From assembly GCA_964016885.1 (NCBI GenBank), contig OZ024741.1, forward strand, positions 221,774,001 to 221,838,000: a stretch of DNA of 64,000 nucleotides, read 5' to 3'. This stretch comes from Eledone cirrhosa. Its lineage: Eukaryota. The notes beneath the pieces were generated by a model that saw only the letters and a list, made by a program, of their open reading frames with translations, had not been told where the DNA came from and made no database searches. This document shows positions 63,232 through 64,000 of the stretch, in pieces (the stretch's first letter is position 1; every line of letters starts with the position of its first letter). The position numbers and the translations under genes are program-made.

Positions 63232-63654
63232 TACATAAAAGTTACAGTAGAAATTTTATAATAACAAGTCAATGTGAAAATGATAATTGATTTTATTTAA
63301 GGATAATCATTCATTTGAAAATATCTCAAATTTAATAAAAACATTGATTTGTTTAAATGTGTTCCAAAAGAGAAACAATTAGTACCGCCTCCGATAATTA
63401 ATAACTGTCCATCATCCAAGAGTTCCGTTTGATGACCATGTAGCATGATTAGTTCACCATTTTCACTCCAAACCTGAAAGAATCAATTATATTTACAACA
63501 AAAAATGAAGAACAAATATAAAGCAGTTGCTTACTTACTTGCCCCCACCCCAGCCCTGATACACTTTACATGCCCAACCCATGAAAACTGAACACACTTC
63601 ACATCTGATCCCCCACAATGACAAAAAGCACAAAGTCCATGCAGTATGCTGATC

Positions 63655-64000
63655 TGCTGCCACAACAAAAGCACCCACTCCATCCTGTAATGTGGTTGTG
63701 TTGGTGATACAAGAAAAAGCACCCAGTCCACACTGTAAGGTGGTGGTGCTGGTGACACAACAGAAAAGTGCCTGTCTACACTGTAAGGTGGTCATGTTGG
63801 TGACACAACAAAAAGTACCAAGTCCATTCTGCAAGGTGGTTATGTTGGTGACATGACAAAAAGGGCCCAGTTCACCCAGTAAGGTGGTGGTCATTTCAGT
63901 CCCACAATAAAAAGCATCCAGTCCACACTGTAATGTGGTTAGTGTTAGGAAGGGCATCCAGCCATAGAAACCAAGCCAAAATACAAATCCATATGAGCAA
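63655..64000 (+). repeat. RTE-type 3'UTR with an expanded ~43-bp tandem array
   Basis: Repeated ACAAAAAGCACCCAGTCCACACTGTAAGGTGGT..GTTGGTG, ending in GTTAGGAAGGGCATCCAGCC. Confidence 0.75.

Overview
AT-rich, repeat-dense animal genomic DNA; the SINE/RTE repertoire suggests an octopod cephalopod (inference). One host gene is present: the 5' part of an ABCB6/HMT1-like half ABC transporter on the minus strand. It has 13 phase-consistent GT-AG coding exons (611 codons) from the ATG at 44748 to 3267, stopping just before Walker A. Introns and flanks hold RTE and CR1-type LINEs, tRNA-derived SINEs, a mariner relic, a young non-autonomous LTR element (tRNA-Trp PBS, LTRs identical by eye) and a Naiad-type Penelope element with hammerhead ribozymes. 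The most unusual structure is at 54447-57611. A foldback GG...CC element contains a second foldback GG...CC element with a perfect 8-bp TSD, and the inner element's ~780-bp arms each carry a captured first coding exon plus splice donor of RMND5/GID2. A solo LTR sits in one arm. All alignments and family assignments were made by eye and from memory, with no database searches.
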